Positions 13,901 to 27,000 of a stretch of 64,000 bases of DNA are shown here, one piece after another (position 1 is the first letter of the stretch; each line of letters begins with the position of its first letter). The notes under the pieces were generated by a model that had not been told where the DNA came from, made no database searches, and was given only the letters and a program-made list of their open reading frames with translations. Location of the stretch: assembly GCF_964355755.1 (NCBI RefSeq), contig NC_092674.1, forward strand, positions 22,568,001 to 22,632,000, read 5' to 3'. The translations under genes were made by a program, and so were the position numbers. The stretch comes from Antedon mediterranea. Its lineage: Eukaryota; Animalia; Echinodermata.

Positions 13901-16214
13901 CTAGAAGAGGCGTATGGAGAAAATAAGGTAGAGTAATATACATTATCAATCATCTTTATCTTCTTCATTACCACCAGCACCGCTGTCATCTATTTTTATT
14001 AAATGCAGAAAAAGCAAGTATTATTATTTAGAAAAGAAAAAGGTTAAGTTCACGCTTCGAATTATTATTAAAGTACTGTTTAAGTATTGTTTACTCAGTT
14101 TTTATTCAGTTTTACTCCAGAAAGGTTCAATCAATCAAACAGTAAAAAAAAACACTAATTTCTTTTGTAAATTCATAATAATAAAATATAATATTTTAAT
14201 TAAATAAGAGGGATAGGGTTTAAAAATACAAAGCGGGACCGGAAACCAAGACTATCTATGTGGAGAGAATATATGGTCTCCATGAATCCTTACTTATATG
14301 TTATAATCATTTTTGTCATTTAACATAATAACATTGACATCATCTTTATTATAACTTTGCATGCTCATTATGTAATGACCAACGTTTCACCGATATTATC
14401 AATAATATTATAAAACCTATAATCTGTTCTTCTTTTAAATTGCTCCAATTCTTTTGCTGTCCATAGTGTCGACTAGTCTCATTCTATTTTTGCAAGGATC
14501 GTGTGTACTAAATATATTTTATGATGATGATATTTATTAATAGTAATTACATTTCATTTTAATGTTAATTGTTTCATCAGGTAATATTCTTGCGTTCTGC
14601 TGGAATTCTAGACACTCCCGTCGATATTGTTTTGAATGACCACAGCTTCGATTCATTCACAGACGATTTAAAGTCAGCTGACATTCCGTACATTGTAAGA
14701 AAACATCTGCCATCCATTTGAAATATGATGTTATTTATTGAATGTCATAAGCATGTAAAACATTATCTCTACTTGTCTTAAATACCAATACTTAATCTCA
14801 AGTCACGTTCAAAGAATTATAAATTTATTTCTTTTTAGGTAGATTATATTTGATTTATATTTGAAATAAAATAAATCATATAATTTAATTTAAAGACGAT
14901 TTGTATTTTGTATTTTATAATTTAGTCCAAATTCTAAATTCTGTAATTGGTGTTTAAAGGCAAAGGGTTGGTTTTAGAGGTGGTTTTAAACTTTTGAAAG
15001 CTTGTATTACCTTTCTAATATCCATCACATAAGGTATCGTTTTCACTTCAATCAGGTTGAAAATGTTGAAGAAACTCTTATTGAGAAAATACGAAAGCGA
15101 CGTGATGTGAGTGTCGAGGATGAATTTGATCATACTAGATACCATTTTTATAACGAGGTAAGAGGTCACCTAATGACCCAATCTATTTCTGATTCTGAGC
15201 TTAATGAGAGCGACTCATGTCTTACAATTGATATAGTTGATATGTGAAAAGGCTTGAATGTTAAGCCTGTTTTCCACCAGTCGAATCTGTTCGCGCGAAT
15301 CAAAAGTAACAACTTTATTATATGCCTTGGTATTTATCTTTCCATCTTCCAAATCTCTTTCTGCAACGACGAATTATAGTTTCTTGAGTTTTCGCTTCAG
15401 CAAAATTGGTAGTTCGAATTGTTTCTACTTTTTGCAAAGCGAATCATTTCGCAACCAATCAGAGCTATGGAAATAAGCAATGAGTGTGAATCGAAAAGCT
15501 CAGCAGACACGTGATGAATATGAAAATCTCAGCTATTCGCTCTTGTAGTGGAAAGGGTAGCGCAATTGTTTTTTTTATTCTCCTAGTGGAAAATAGGTTT
15601 AGACCTTCGGTGTCCTCATAACCCGTTTTCTAATCCAAGATATAATACTAAAGTATCTTATATTATATATCGGTGCTTTTAGTTTGTTACTAAACTAAAG
15701 CCTAATCCTGCCACATTAATATAATATTCGACATAGCAAACAAAACAAAAAAATACTAAGTCGAAATTTCGAAATATATTTATATTTATGCAGCAGGATG
15801 AGGCTTTCGGGTAGTTACGCATTCAACTTCAAAACTGAACTGACAGCAATTTTACATAATTTAAAAATTGAAAACATTTTATTTACTTTTCTTTTTCATT
15901 TCCCTACTTAATATTAAATCTAACAGCATAATGTAAAATATATATTAAAAATGAGTTTTACAGACACAATTTTAAAGGTCAAATGTGACGATGTAGAGGG
16001 TGACAATTGTACAATATTAAACCAGGTCATGTGATTCTGTTGATAGTAGGCCTATATCATTCATTTATTTTTAATATGTAGATGATTGATTGGTTGAGAA
16101 TCCTAGAGAAAAGATATGAAAATATTGCATCAATGTTTACCATCGGAAGAACATTCGAAGGTCGAGACATGTATGTTATGAAGGTAGGCCTACGTATATT
16201 TGGCCTTTTCCTTC

Positions 16215-16254
<40 letters not shown>

Positions 16255-19200
16255 TGTTTTTTTCTTTCTGTCTATCTTTCATTCTTTCTTACTTTGCTTT
16301 AAGCTTGTTTGTTTTACATTTCTAAATTGTTACCATATTTCATAGCTGAATATTTCATTTTAATATGTCCAATAAGAACACATTTTAATTATTTTAAATA
16401 CAGATTACATCAAATGTTCGAGATGAAAATGAGAAGTCAGGAATATGGATTGAGGGTGGCATTCATGCTCGAGAAAAAATCTCTCCTGCCACAATGGTCT
16501 TTATTATACAGCAGGTAAATACAAACCCTTATCCTTCATTGAGTGAAACAAAGACCACCATACTGTAAACGTTTTGAAGCTTGACACCAAATTATGAACA
16601 CCACATAGAGTTTCCAGTCATATTTACTAAAGGTGGAGAAAATCAGAGTTGTCTGCAAAGAGTATCGTTTTAAAATGTTTCCAGAAAGAAGAAAGCAAAA
16701 AGCAAAACAGAACCCAGTTAGTCGAGGTTGACTGGTTAAAACAAACTTAAGATGAACATATGAGAATGTGATAGAGTAAATAAACAGTGTTGATAAAATC
16801 AATATGATAAAAAATGTCATAGCATCTACAAAACATCCTACGTCTTATGATTTGCGATAGAAAGAGGTAATATGTGCCTTAATTGTTCGTGAAACCATGT
16901 ATAATACGTGGTTGCAATACAGTCACATCTTTTAATCATTTAAATGATTTGCTTTCATTGCAGTTATTGGAGGAATATGGTAATGATGACGTTGTAACCG
17001 AATTAGTAGATGGACTAATCTGGTATATACTCCCGGTTGTGAATATCGATGGATATGAATTTTCAATGAAACCGCTGGAAAATGCTACAACAATTAGACA
17101 ATTTTTCAAAACGGAGGCGGATGTTGAGTCGGAGGTGCGTAATGTAAAGTCTGTTTTCCACTGGTCGAATTTAGTCGCGTGAATCCATTGAAAAAACCCC
17201 GAATAGCTGCGATTTCATTTTCAACGCGTGTCTGTTGAAATTGTTCAATTCAAATGAGTGCTCATGAACGCGTCATAACCAAACATAGTGTATATATAGA
17301 TTTATAGTCTTAGTCTCTGATTTGTTACGCAATTTTTAACTTCGCAAAAGTAGAAACTATTTGAAGAGTAATTTCATTGAAACAAAAAATCTCAGGTAAC
17401 TTGGCATTTATGTGTACAGCATCTTTTAAATGGAACAGTTTAGGAAATCTCAATCTCACCTAGCCACCACCCAAACCGAAACTATTTTTCTTTCCCTTTC
17501 TGTAGGTATGGAAAGCATTGTATTGGCGAAAGACACGTTCTGTTAACGAAGGCACAACATGCATCGGTGTAGACCCTAATCGAAACTGGGACTTTAAATG
17601 GGAAGGTAATAATTTCATACCGTATTATATATAAATAAAAAAACAAAATAATAGATATATAGCACAATATAATATTGATAAATAACAATTTACATACGTA
17701 TTGAAAAAATGGGAGAAACGTTAAAAAGCAAGATTCAGGATTCAAAAAGTGCATTGCATTGTCTCCCTGATATTCAACATTTTTGTTGAGTACCGTAGTA
17801 TGCCATTTTGATGTTTCATAATTTGTATTCACTTTGAAAAAAAAATTGGATCGAAAACAAAATTGTTTACCTTAAAAAGTAATTTAAAGCAAAAAAAAGT
17901 CTAATTGGCTGGTAACCAATTAAATAGGTTTTGGTTTTTGGTTTAATTTATCCACTTTTTATATATAAAAACATTTTTTTTTTCTGCGGAAGTGATTTAA
18001 AAAAAACTTTATTCAATGGCCTATTTAAAATCTGATTTTATTAATCTTCATTTTTCATGTTTTTGGGGGACAATTCATCTTTACATATATTATTCATTCA
18101 TTCATTCAATCTTTTATTTCGGAAACTCTGGTCCATAGAAAGTAAATTACATATAAATGAAATAAATAAAATAAATAAAATTACTACTACTCATCTCAGG
18201 ATGGCATTCCATCTGGAGAGCATCTTCGACTTAACTAAGACGTTGCTTATAATCGTTGACATTAAAATAGTTTTGCTTGCATTAAGTCTACACATCAGGC
18301 CATATATTGATATTCTTAACAATTCACAAAAAGAGGGAATTCTACATTCCGTAAACATGATAACCATTTATCAAATTTATTAATTATAACCATATTAACT
18401 TCTTTTTTTTATATTATTATATGATATAAATTTATTTTTATTCTGAATTAGAATCTGTTGATCCTAGTAGCCTAAATTAAACGACCAACAATTAGAATTA
18501 ATTGTTTGATTGTTAGATGATATTTTTTTAACATTAAAATATGAATTTCAATGTGTACAATAGCAATTATTTTATTTTCTAGGACAATTGTTCTGCCATT
18601 TTTACGATTAAACAAAAATTAATTTAACGATTATACGTTATTGTCCCTTGAAACACAAAAAAAAAATAAGGTAAAAATATTCTAAATTTAAATTGGCCAT
18701 ATCAAAGTAATATTAAAGTTTTTTTACTTTAAGTCGAAAATTCGAGCCAAAAAGTTTACGTAATTAACAGGTAAATAATTAATTTGATTACATTTCGTCT
18801 GGAAACTCGTCGCGAACGAATGTAAACAAAGATTTCAAAACACGAGTACGCATTATGCATGATGCTAATTAGGATTGTGTTTACAACTCGTCACGGTTGA
18901 GAAGATGTTTTCACACAGATAGCGAGGAAGTTTTATGATTATGCATACAGAGTAGCCATTATAAGATACGTTTTGATCGAAAACTTTGTCTGTATTTCAG
19001 TTAAATGATTTTTTTTCATTTAATTTTTGGTAAAAGTTAATAACTATTATGATACCTCAAAATGACCCACTTTTTTATTTTATTAATTTTTTTTGGGAAT
19101 TAGTCAAAGGGACAATACATCTTACGGTATGTGTTTAATGGTGTGTTTTTTTCTTTATAATTCTATTTTTACGTTTAATACTTTGTTTTCTATTTTTATA

Positions 19201-21157
19201 ATGAAAGTTTTATTTTTATATTAATCAATCGGATTATTTCTTATTTGTTGTGTTTTAACACATTTCCATTTCTCCAATGAGATCAATAAGATTTGTTTTT
19301 TATTCTAATGCGTATAACGTACACTAATATTCCTCCACTCGAATTGTATTTTATAGCGTTACGAGTAAACAAAGACACCAATAAAACGTTTTGTTTGATT
19401 TCCGACCCTGGATTAAAACCTTTTTCGGAAGTGGAAATACAAAACATTGCAAAGTTCTTAATGGAACATTCGTATATTGATGCCTATCTTTCTGTACACA
19501 GTTATGGTCAAATGATCATTTTCCCTTGGTGCTGGACTAAAGATAACATATCTGACTATGAAGATCTGGTGAGTTCACTAAGAGTCTGAGGCCTAGCGGA
19601 GCTGTAGTTAGTGTTGATTATTAAACGTGCTTGCCTTACAGGTTTCAATCCAGGGTTGTAACATACTCTTTCAACTTCATTCTCTAAGCCTCAAATGAGA
19701 CTTAATTAAAAAGAAAATAAATAATAGTAACCTCAAGTTTTTTTTACCCCTTTTCGTAGATATCGTGTGTCTGTCTCTGTTTCATAGAGAGAGATATTTT
19801 TTTTTAAGGGATTAGGCCTAGATTAAGTTACTATGTGAATCGGTCTGCCTGTCGTTTAAAATGAAAAAAAGGGTAGTTTGTAGTTAGACACGACACCGGA
19901 CGCAAATCGGCTAATAAAATAGCATCCAAAAGTAGTTGGCAATTATCTCAAAGAGATTGGCTAGCTATAATTTATTCATCACAATCTTTAAAAAACGGAT
20001 AATTTTTGATATAGCAAGAAAATTAAAATCTCGAAGTATATTTCAATAATTCAATATTATATATTTAATAGTTATATTAGGCCTACCTATATTTGGTCAC
20101 CTGGTTCAATTTGTTTGTACCACACTATTTATTTATTTGCTTCAATTTAGAAAATAAAAAAAATATTTGCATTTGTGTACATAGGCCCTATTGCTTATTA
20201 AAAAAAATCCCAAATAATGTGAAACTATAGATTGATAATTATTGAATAATATAGAAATGTTTTGTTCACTGATCCTAATGATAACGATCAATGCATTCAT
20301 TGGGATCGTATCACTTTATTCTCATAGCAAAATCTCTCTGATAAGGTAAGCAAAGCAATAGAATCTGTCAACGGAACCAAATACAGATCAGGACCAGTTC
20401 CAAGTCTGATTTGTAAGTATTTTCCATTTGTTGGGGCTTTGTTATTTGCTCTGGTAAGTTGCTTCTTATACCAAAGAACATACTCCCAGATCGGTAAAAT
20501 TATTCCATTGACTACCAAAATTTAAGTTTCAATATTAACCACCATTTTAGCTGTTTTTTAGTCTCATTCCAAAATTGTTTATATCTCTACCAAGCTACCT
20601 TATTTGTTTTCTACTCTTATTCAGACTCCACCCTGGCTACCTTTGTCATATTTCTTTTATTCCTGTACACCCAGGCAGCACTTGCCAGCTTTATACTATG
20701 ACGTTATCCAAATTCCTTCACTTGCACTGATGAAGGGCTAGTGTTACCCGAAAGCTCTGCTAACTTTTCTGGCTGTTTACTTTATCGTTTTGATTTAGCT
20801 TTTCGCTTTTTATTTTTGTATCTCCATTGAGATCCAGCCACTGATACCCACAGCATTGTCATTTTTTTCAGTAATTTGCCTTTGGATTTATATATATATA
20901 TATATATATATATTCCGCCGTACCACGCCGAGAATGTTAAAGAGTCGCTATCCAATCGAGTTCGAACAATACCATGAAAGCCCCAGTGGTCTAATGGTTA
21001 GGACATCTGCATATCAAGCAGGCGGTCCGAGTTCGAGTCTCGGTTGGGGCGACTTTTTCTCATTCTCACAGATTTCCTCATCTTTATCGTTTCAAATTAA
21101 TTAATTAAATTTCAGTATATCACCGGGCGGTTTAGAATTAATGTTCTTTGGCTGATT

Positions 21158-21204
<47 letters not shown>

Positions 21205-21938
21205 TTTGCTTATACCCATCAAATGTTTTTTTTTTTGGTCTGTATATGTAAGTGATTGGTATATAATATACATATAAACTGACAAGCACCCGCTTCTTTC
21301 ACAGATATCAATCAACAATTAATAATTCAGTAGAACCCTATAGGGGTGACACCTTCGGGACCAAAAAATTATTCCACCAGCAGACGGCAGACGGTCAAAG
21401 AAAACATTTTAGCAACCACAATTTCACCAATTAAAACTGTCAAATCAGAGAAAGCATCATACTTATTATGTTATCTATATTTGTTTTAATAATGATATAA
21501 TGATTTGGTCTTTTTTTTTTTTTTGCGATAGAAAAAATACTACTGTCCCCTTAATAGGACAAAATAAACTATTTGCCACACTCGAAAGTTTTCTTGTCCC
21601 CTGCTGAGTAGGGGTTTGTCGTATTGCTAAAAGTTAAAAAAGGATAATACGTTTAATACCCCTCGTTTCACGTGTCTAACGTGTCTCCTTGATAGGATGC
21701 CCCCTGAATGGAGAAGTTTTACTGTATTGTTAAACAAAATGTATTAATGTTTAAAGCTACAGTAACGGGTTGTTCCTGCGATTGGACATATGCAGTTGCT
21801 GGAATTAAATATTCGTATGGAATTGAACTGCGTGATACTGGTACATACGGGTTCTTTCTTCCCGAAGATCAAATTGAACCTACCGGAATAGAAACATTAG
21901 AAGGATTTAAAGAAATCGGCAAACATTTAATCAGGTAA
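10954..21938 (+). CDS. M14A zinc carboxypeptidase (CPA/CPB-like preproenzyme); exons 10954-11051, 13843-13927, 14581-14694, 15056-15157, 16082-16183, 16404-16514, 16964-17134, 17506-17605, 19357-19568, 20328-20412, 21757-21938
   Basis: Signal peptide [21 protein letters not shown], activation peptide ([14 protein letters not shown]), [14 protein letters not shown] (Zn ligands His69/Glu72), [32 protein letters not shown] (His196), [11 protein letters not shown] (Glu270). Intron phases are mutually consistent with GT-AG ends. Confidence 0.93.
11757..12300 (+). mobile_element. Degenerate non-LTR retrotransposon (RTEX-like) ORF2 C-terminal fragment in carboxypeptidase intron 1
   Basis: Broken frames read [57 protein letters not shown] (C-terminal Zn-finger-like region). 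Confidence 0.6.
15263..15600. mobile_element. MITE with TIR AGCCTGTTTTCCAC; related 5' end at ~17147-17183
   Basis: aagcctgttttccaccagtcgaat ... tagtggaaaataggttt; second copy aagtctgttttccactggtcgaat. Confidence 0.6.
20724..20760 (+). ncRNA. Minimal type I hammerhead ribozyme (Penelope-like-element type)
   Basis: GCA-CUGAUGA-A-GGG(cuaguguua)CCC-GAA-AGCU-C-UGC: intact CUGAUGA and GAAA core, stem II GGG/CCC, palindromic stem III AGCU, cleavage triplet CUC, 3-bp stem I GCA/UGC. Confidence 0.72.
20913..21159 (+). repeat. ~250-bp dispersed repeat with an internal tRNA, flanked by (TA)n; second copy 56311-56559
   Basis: Near-identical sequence ttccgccgtaccacgccgagaatgttaaagag...accgggcggtttagaattaatgttc at both loci. 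Confidence 0.9.
20980..21051 (+). tRNA. tRNA-Asp/Glu-like cloverleaf with anticodon ATC (repeat-borne, possibly pseudo)
   Basis: Acceptor GCCCCAG/TTGGGGC, D arm GTC..GAC with A box TGGTCTAATGG, anticodon arm TCTGC-ATATCAA-GCAGG, T arm CCGAG-TTCGAGT-CTCGG, followed by a T5 run. Confidence 0.65.
21327..21724. mobile_element. Tigger/pogo-like MITE
   Basis: Ends cagtagaaccc ... gagaagttttactg-TA with internal gtcccc repeats. Confidence 0.5.
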
Positions 21939-22635
21939 ATAAAAAATTTAAAGAGCCTCATAACTATAAATAAAATGGCTATAGGCCTAGAAAGAAATTA
22001 TAAATCAACATTTGAATTATAACGCAGTACTTATGCTATAGTTTAAAGCAGTAAAATATGAGAGAATTTTGAAAAAAAATATCGCTACGTGATAATTCCT
22101 GGCTTTGGATCACGTTGTAACAGATGCTGAGCTGAAATAATAACCAACTGCTAAACAGATGGTAAACTATCAGTAGTTGGATTTGACTCTCTAGTTTTAA
22201 TATAATATAGGCCTATCTATGTTAAGACCACAGCTACATCATAATGTTGTGTTGAGGTTTGAAAATTGTGCAAATACAAAGACCTATTGGGCCTATTCGG
22301 AAATGGTATTTCTCATTCATTTTTTGATACTAATACACTGAAATAAATGTTTTAGTTAGACTTGCCCCAAGTCTGTATTGATTGACTTTTTTTTTTATTT
22401 ATTTTTTTTTTTTTCGATTTTTGTCTGAAAATATCCAAAATCAAGTAGTATACGTATGAAACGCCATTTGTGTCAAAATATTTATGTTTTTACTAATATT
22501 AAGACAAAACTCCGTCTGGAACACAGACTAGGTTATAGTATGTGGTATCAACAACCCCTTATAATCAAACACATTTGTCTAACTTCACGCATGCGTACAC
22601 CACCATGGACATCACAATAACCACCAATTTCTGTT

Positions 22636-22750
22636 TAAATTTCATTTCATTTATTATCAAAATGATACCAAAAAATAAGTAAAATACATGAACAAGAAAA
22701 ACAACTAGCTGACAGAGACATGATTCCTAAAAAGTAAACCTAATCACTAT
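22636..22750 (-). repeat. LINE 3' UTR/tail fragment; related copy at ~35912-36050
   Basis: atttcatttcatttatt..catgaacaagaaaa..cagagaca(t/g)gattc(c/t)taaaaag..taatcactat is shared by both loci. Confidence 0.6.
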
Positions 22751-24020
22751 GTTTTTGTCTTTTTAAATTTTGTATAGCCTTGATCATAATGAAACAAAGA
22801 AAGATCGTAATGATGCGACGTCTATCAACCATTCGTCATCTCTTCTGTGCTGTTTCGTTTACTTGCTATTGCTGTGTATCTAAATGTATTTTTTAGTGAT
22901 ATTTTTAGTCTCTTGAACCAATATACTGTAATTGTAATTGTCACTGTTTGAGATTGATCGCCTTTTAATTTCCTTTTAGTCGGCACTCGTCGAGGTTGGA
23001 CGGATATTTCTTTCGAAAACTCTATTTTCTAGAACAATTCGCACTCAAGATAGGTCATCATTCATTAATTAGATGGTGACCGTCCTTTGGTTGAGACTGC
23101 TAGTTGTGTTTAGATTAATTGATGCTCAAGACTCAAGGACAAGAATTACATTTAAAAACAAATTGTTTAAATGTTTATGTTTATCCAATTTTGCTGTTTT
23201 TATACATTGCAACAATTGTTGTAATTCGGTTTTAACTGCAAGAACGATTGAAATAAACCGATTCGGATTGATTGACTCACAACAGTGGGCTGTCAATTTT
23301 AAATCATAAACATGTATCATGTTTCAAAAAGTAGGTTAGTGTCACTAGTGTCAGTGTTCTAATCTTGAAAGTGACCATTTGCTTTTATTGTGACAGTTGA
23401 TTTCATTTATCTATTAGTGTTTGCGTCGGTTTATGTTAATTTAAAACAGCTTTTTTACTGTAACTATTATATGGGCTAGAACCAGGTTATAGGCCTATTT
23501 ACTTTTATTTATATAGCATGATATTATTAGTATTATAGAGTTATATATAACTTAATTTTTAATTAAAATAACGGGTATACGGTTAGATTTAACTTTAAAG
23601 CCATTGCGTTTAAATCATGAAAATATCATATTTTGCTTTTATACGGCCTAATAATGATAATAATCATGACTAGGCCTATAGGTCTATTTGTTTTTCTTTA
23701 TATCAATGAGTTCAATATCTAAAATCAAATTAGGCCTGTTTGCTATGGCGCTATCCTACCAAGTGTAATTAATTGTATTCGTTATAAAACAAATCTTGAT
23801 TATTGAATAAATAAACAATATTCGAATTGATCAATGGTGTGGATTTATTTTTGATTCGACTATCAAAAGGTAAACAAAGTTTAATAGCGTCGCACTTTTT
23901 ATTATTTACAAAAGATCGTGCCAGTTCGTTTGTCATATTTATTTTTTTGTTTGTGGCATGGTCCGCAGAACCCTGCATTCCTTGTTTTGAGACTACCCCG
24001 CGAAACATGAAATAATTGTG

Positions 24021-27000
24021 ATGGATTGTGATTCAAAACGTCGTAAACAGAGTAAGTACAGTTATAGGCTAGCCTAGCTTTTATGAATAAAATAATCCAA
24101 AACTTAATAGTATATAATATTAATTATTAGCGTAGCAGCAGATATAGGCTTTTCTTATGTATGCGTATGTCTAGATAGGCCTCCTACTACTAGTAGGCCT
24201 AGACTAGGCACGGAGTATGGTCGAAGCGGCCGCCAACCTAATTTCGTCATTTGTATGGAACGCCGTGTGCGCTTTAATCTTGAATTAACGCCATGGCCTA
24301 GGCCTATAGCGAGTTGAGTTACAGGTCTTCTTTATATTTCTATAATAATTAAGTTTGCCTGCCGATAAATATCAATGTATATTTTATATGCATTTTAATA
24401 TTAACTTACATGCTATCGAATCTTATATTCAAATTTATATTCTACTTTTAATATTTACATACTAGGCCTAGGCCTAATCGAATTATAATAATTCGCCGTG
24501 GCTAAAGATACGGTACCGTATCCTAACTTCCATTTGCTGAAGGTACGGTAACATTGCATTACGTCATAACCAGCCAATGGGGTGCTGGTACGTCTGTGTG
24601 TGACGTCATCGTATAAGGGGATGTCCGTCCCGTATAAGGACTTTGGATTTTTTTTCATATTGTGAAACAGTGATCAACCGCATTTTCATTATGCTTCATT
24701 TATCGCTGTTATCGCCGTCGTGTGTTACAAAAACTAAATGTAGCCTACGTCTGTTATAAAAAGCCAAAACAGGTTGATTTTAATTCTAGAATACAGAAAA
24801 CTGTTTCAAAAGAGGCCTAGGCCTACTTACTACGTAGGCCTACTATATAACCTCATATGAGTTTGTTTGTGTAGGGAAAGCTGTGCCAGGCTGGGGCCAG
24901 CTAGCTGCATGTGTGCGCTGATTTCTGTGACTCATCCCTGGGGCTACTGTCTAAATCATAGTATTTGAGGGCCCCTTTATTGTCCGCATTTGCTTGTTGT
25001 TTATCATCAGCATCTGTAAACAAAATTTAATAAAAAATATAGGCCTAGGCCTAGACCTAAATAGGCCGAATCAAAATAAAACCTTCATCAGCACACACAC
25101 ATCCATGCAGCCTGGCGCCGCCGATAGGCATTCTCTACTGAACATACAGACGCGATTTGAAAGTCCTTTTTATGACGTAATGCAATTTTACCGTACCTTT
25201 ATTAGTAACCAGGGGTGGATTGCTATAAAACAGTCTTAACTCCCCGATTAAAGCCGGCTTTATCAGATAGACGGTCTTATTAAAGCCACTCCTGATAGAC
25301 CATTGCTATAAACCAGTCTTAGATAAGACCGCGTAAAGTAACAAATTAAGGGCGTACTTTGCGCGTAGAATACCAAATAAGGTAATGTTCGTCACGCTTG
25401 TTCAATTCACAATCATAACAGTACGTACATTTCTACGCGAGAAAATCCATTCTAGGCCTATATAACAATAAAATCACCGTTATTATTTGATTTAACAATT
25501 AAAACTCCTTCAATTGGTTGTCTTTGACGATAAATAATACGTAAAAGCAACAAAAAAAGAGGTTTAAGACTGTTTTAAGACTCCTTCGAGTAGGCTTTAA
25601 TTTTAAAGACCGTTTAGAGGTTATACCGCGGTATAGCAATGGTCTATAATATAAGACTACTTGCTACGTCACGAATTATAGCCGGCTAAGCGCTAAGACC
25701 GGTTATAGACCGCTTATAGCAATCCGCCTCTGAAATTAGAATACGGTACCGTATCTTTAGCCACAGCGTTAATAATTTACGTTTACATCATAATATACGT
25801 ACTTTTTATTTCTCATTTAAGACCTACGTACTTTATATTGGTAGTGAAGGGAAAATATAACGTTGAACTGACACGACGTTTCTCGACACTTTCCTATCGA
25901 ATCTCTAGGCCTACCCTAGTCTATAGGGCGGTCTATAGTAGCCTAGGGCCTAGGCTAAATAAGGCTAGCTAGGCGACTGATTCGAAAAAAATGCGACCAA
26001 CATGATTTGCTTGCTTTGTAACCGCTAGCCTAGGGCCTAGCCTAGGTATGCCTATTATAGGCTATGCAGATATAGGCTAGCTAGCCTAGCCTAAACTTTT
26101 CAGAGCGGTGGTATTCCTACTACTACTAGCCTAGCTAGGCCTAGTAGGCCCTAAGCCTACCTGGCTGCCACCTGCCTAAAAAGTAGGGACCTACCTTTTT
26201 TGGGCCTACTCTGTCTGCTGAGTAGTAGTAGTGTATGCATTGTTCTCTACTCTACTGTAGGCCTACTTACTCTAGCTAGAGAGGTTTGATTATTATAAAC
26301 ATGTCAAGGGCCTACCATGCCTATATTTGAATGACTGACTAAAGTAATGACTGATTGATGCTCTATTAACGTATATTGTTCTTCTGTACTATTTGTGTTC
26401 TTTAGCTTTCGTAAACTATGTTCTTGAAAAACTCAAAACTCGTCTGAAAGAAAAACCTACAGAGCCTCATAACTATAAAAGATGCGAATATAAATATGAG
26501 GCAAATGTGGCAGAAGATGAGTTGCAGAATGACATAAAAGATGATATTATTGATAATACCACCAATGAAACGAATGTACCATCTAAGAAAAAGAAAGTTT
26601 CTGCTAAATGCTATGAAAGAATTTACCAAGCCAGTCTGCCCATTGAGGGGTTGGAGGTTACAAGAGAAATTTCAGAGTCATGTGAAAGTGATTCTACAAA
26701 CAATAGTAATAATAGTAAGTAAATAGTATTTAAATCAAATCTTAAGTCATTTAATTTAAAAGCAAACCCCCATTAAAGTGCACATCTCCAGATGTCCCAG
26801 ATTTATGAAAGCTTGGCCAAACCATAGAGGGTGCTATGATTTTTACAAAATACAACATCCAAACAGAGGGCTATTGAAAACATATCTGGAATCAGCATCT
26901 ATATTAGTTTAAACAATGGGTATGGCATGGAATATGCCAATGTGCATTGTGGATTGTCCATCACCAACATGTTTAGTTATGTCTTTAGTTTTACAAAAAT

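Noticed and set aside
16215-16290. (TTTC)n tract, plus (TA)n tracts at ~10055, 20890 and 21160 giving YIYIYI/FLSF ORFs
   Set aside because: Ordinary microsatellites; the ORFs are artefacts.
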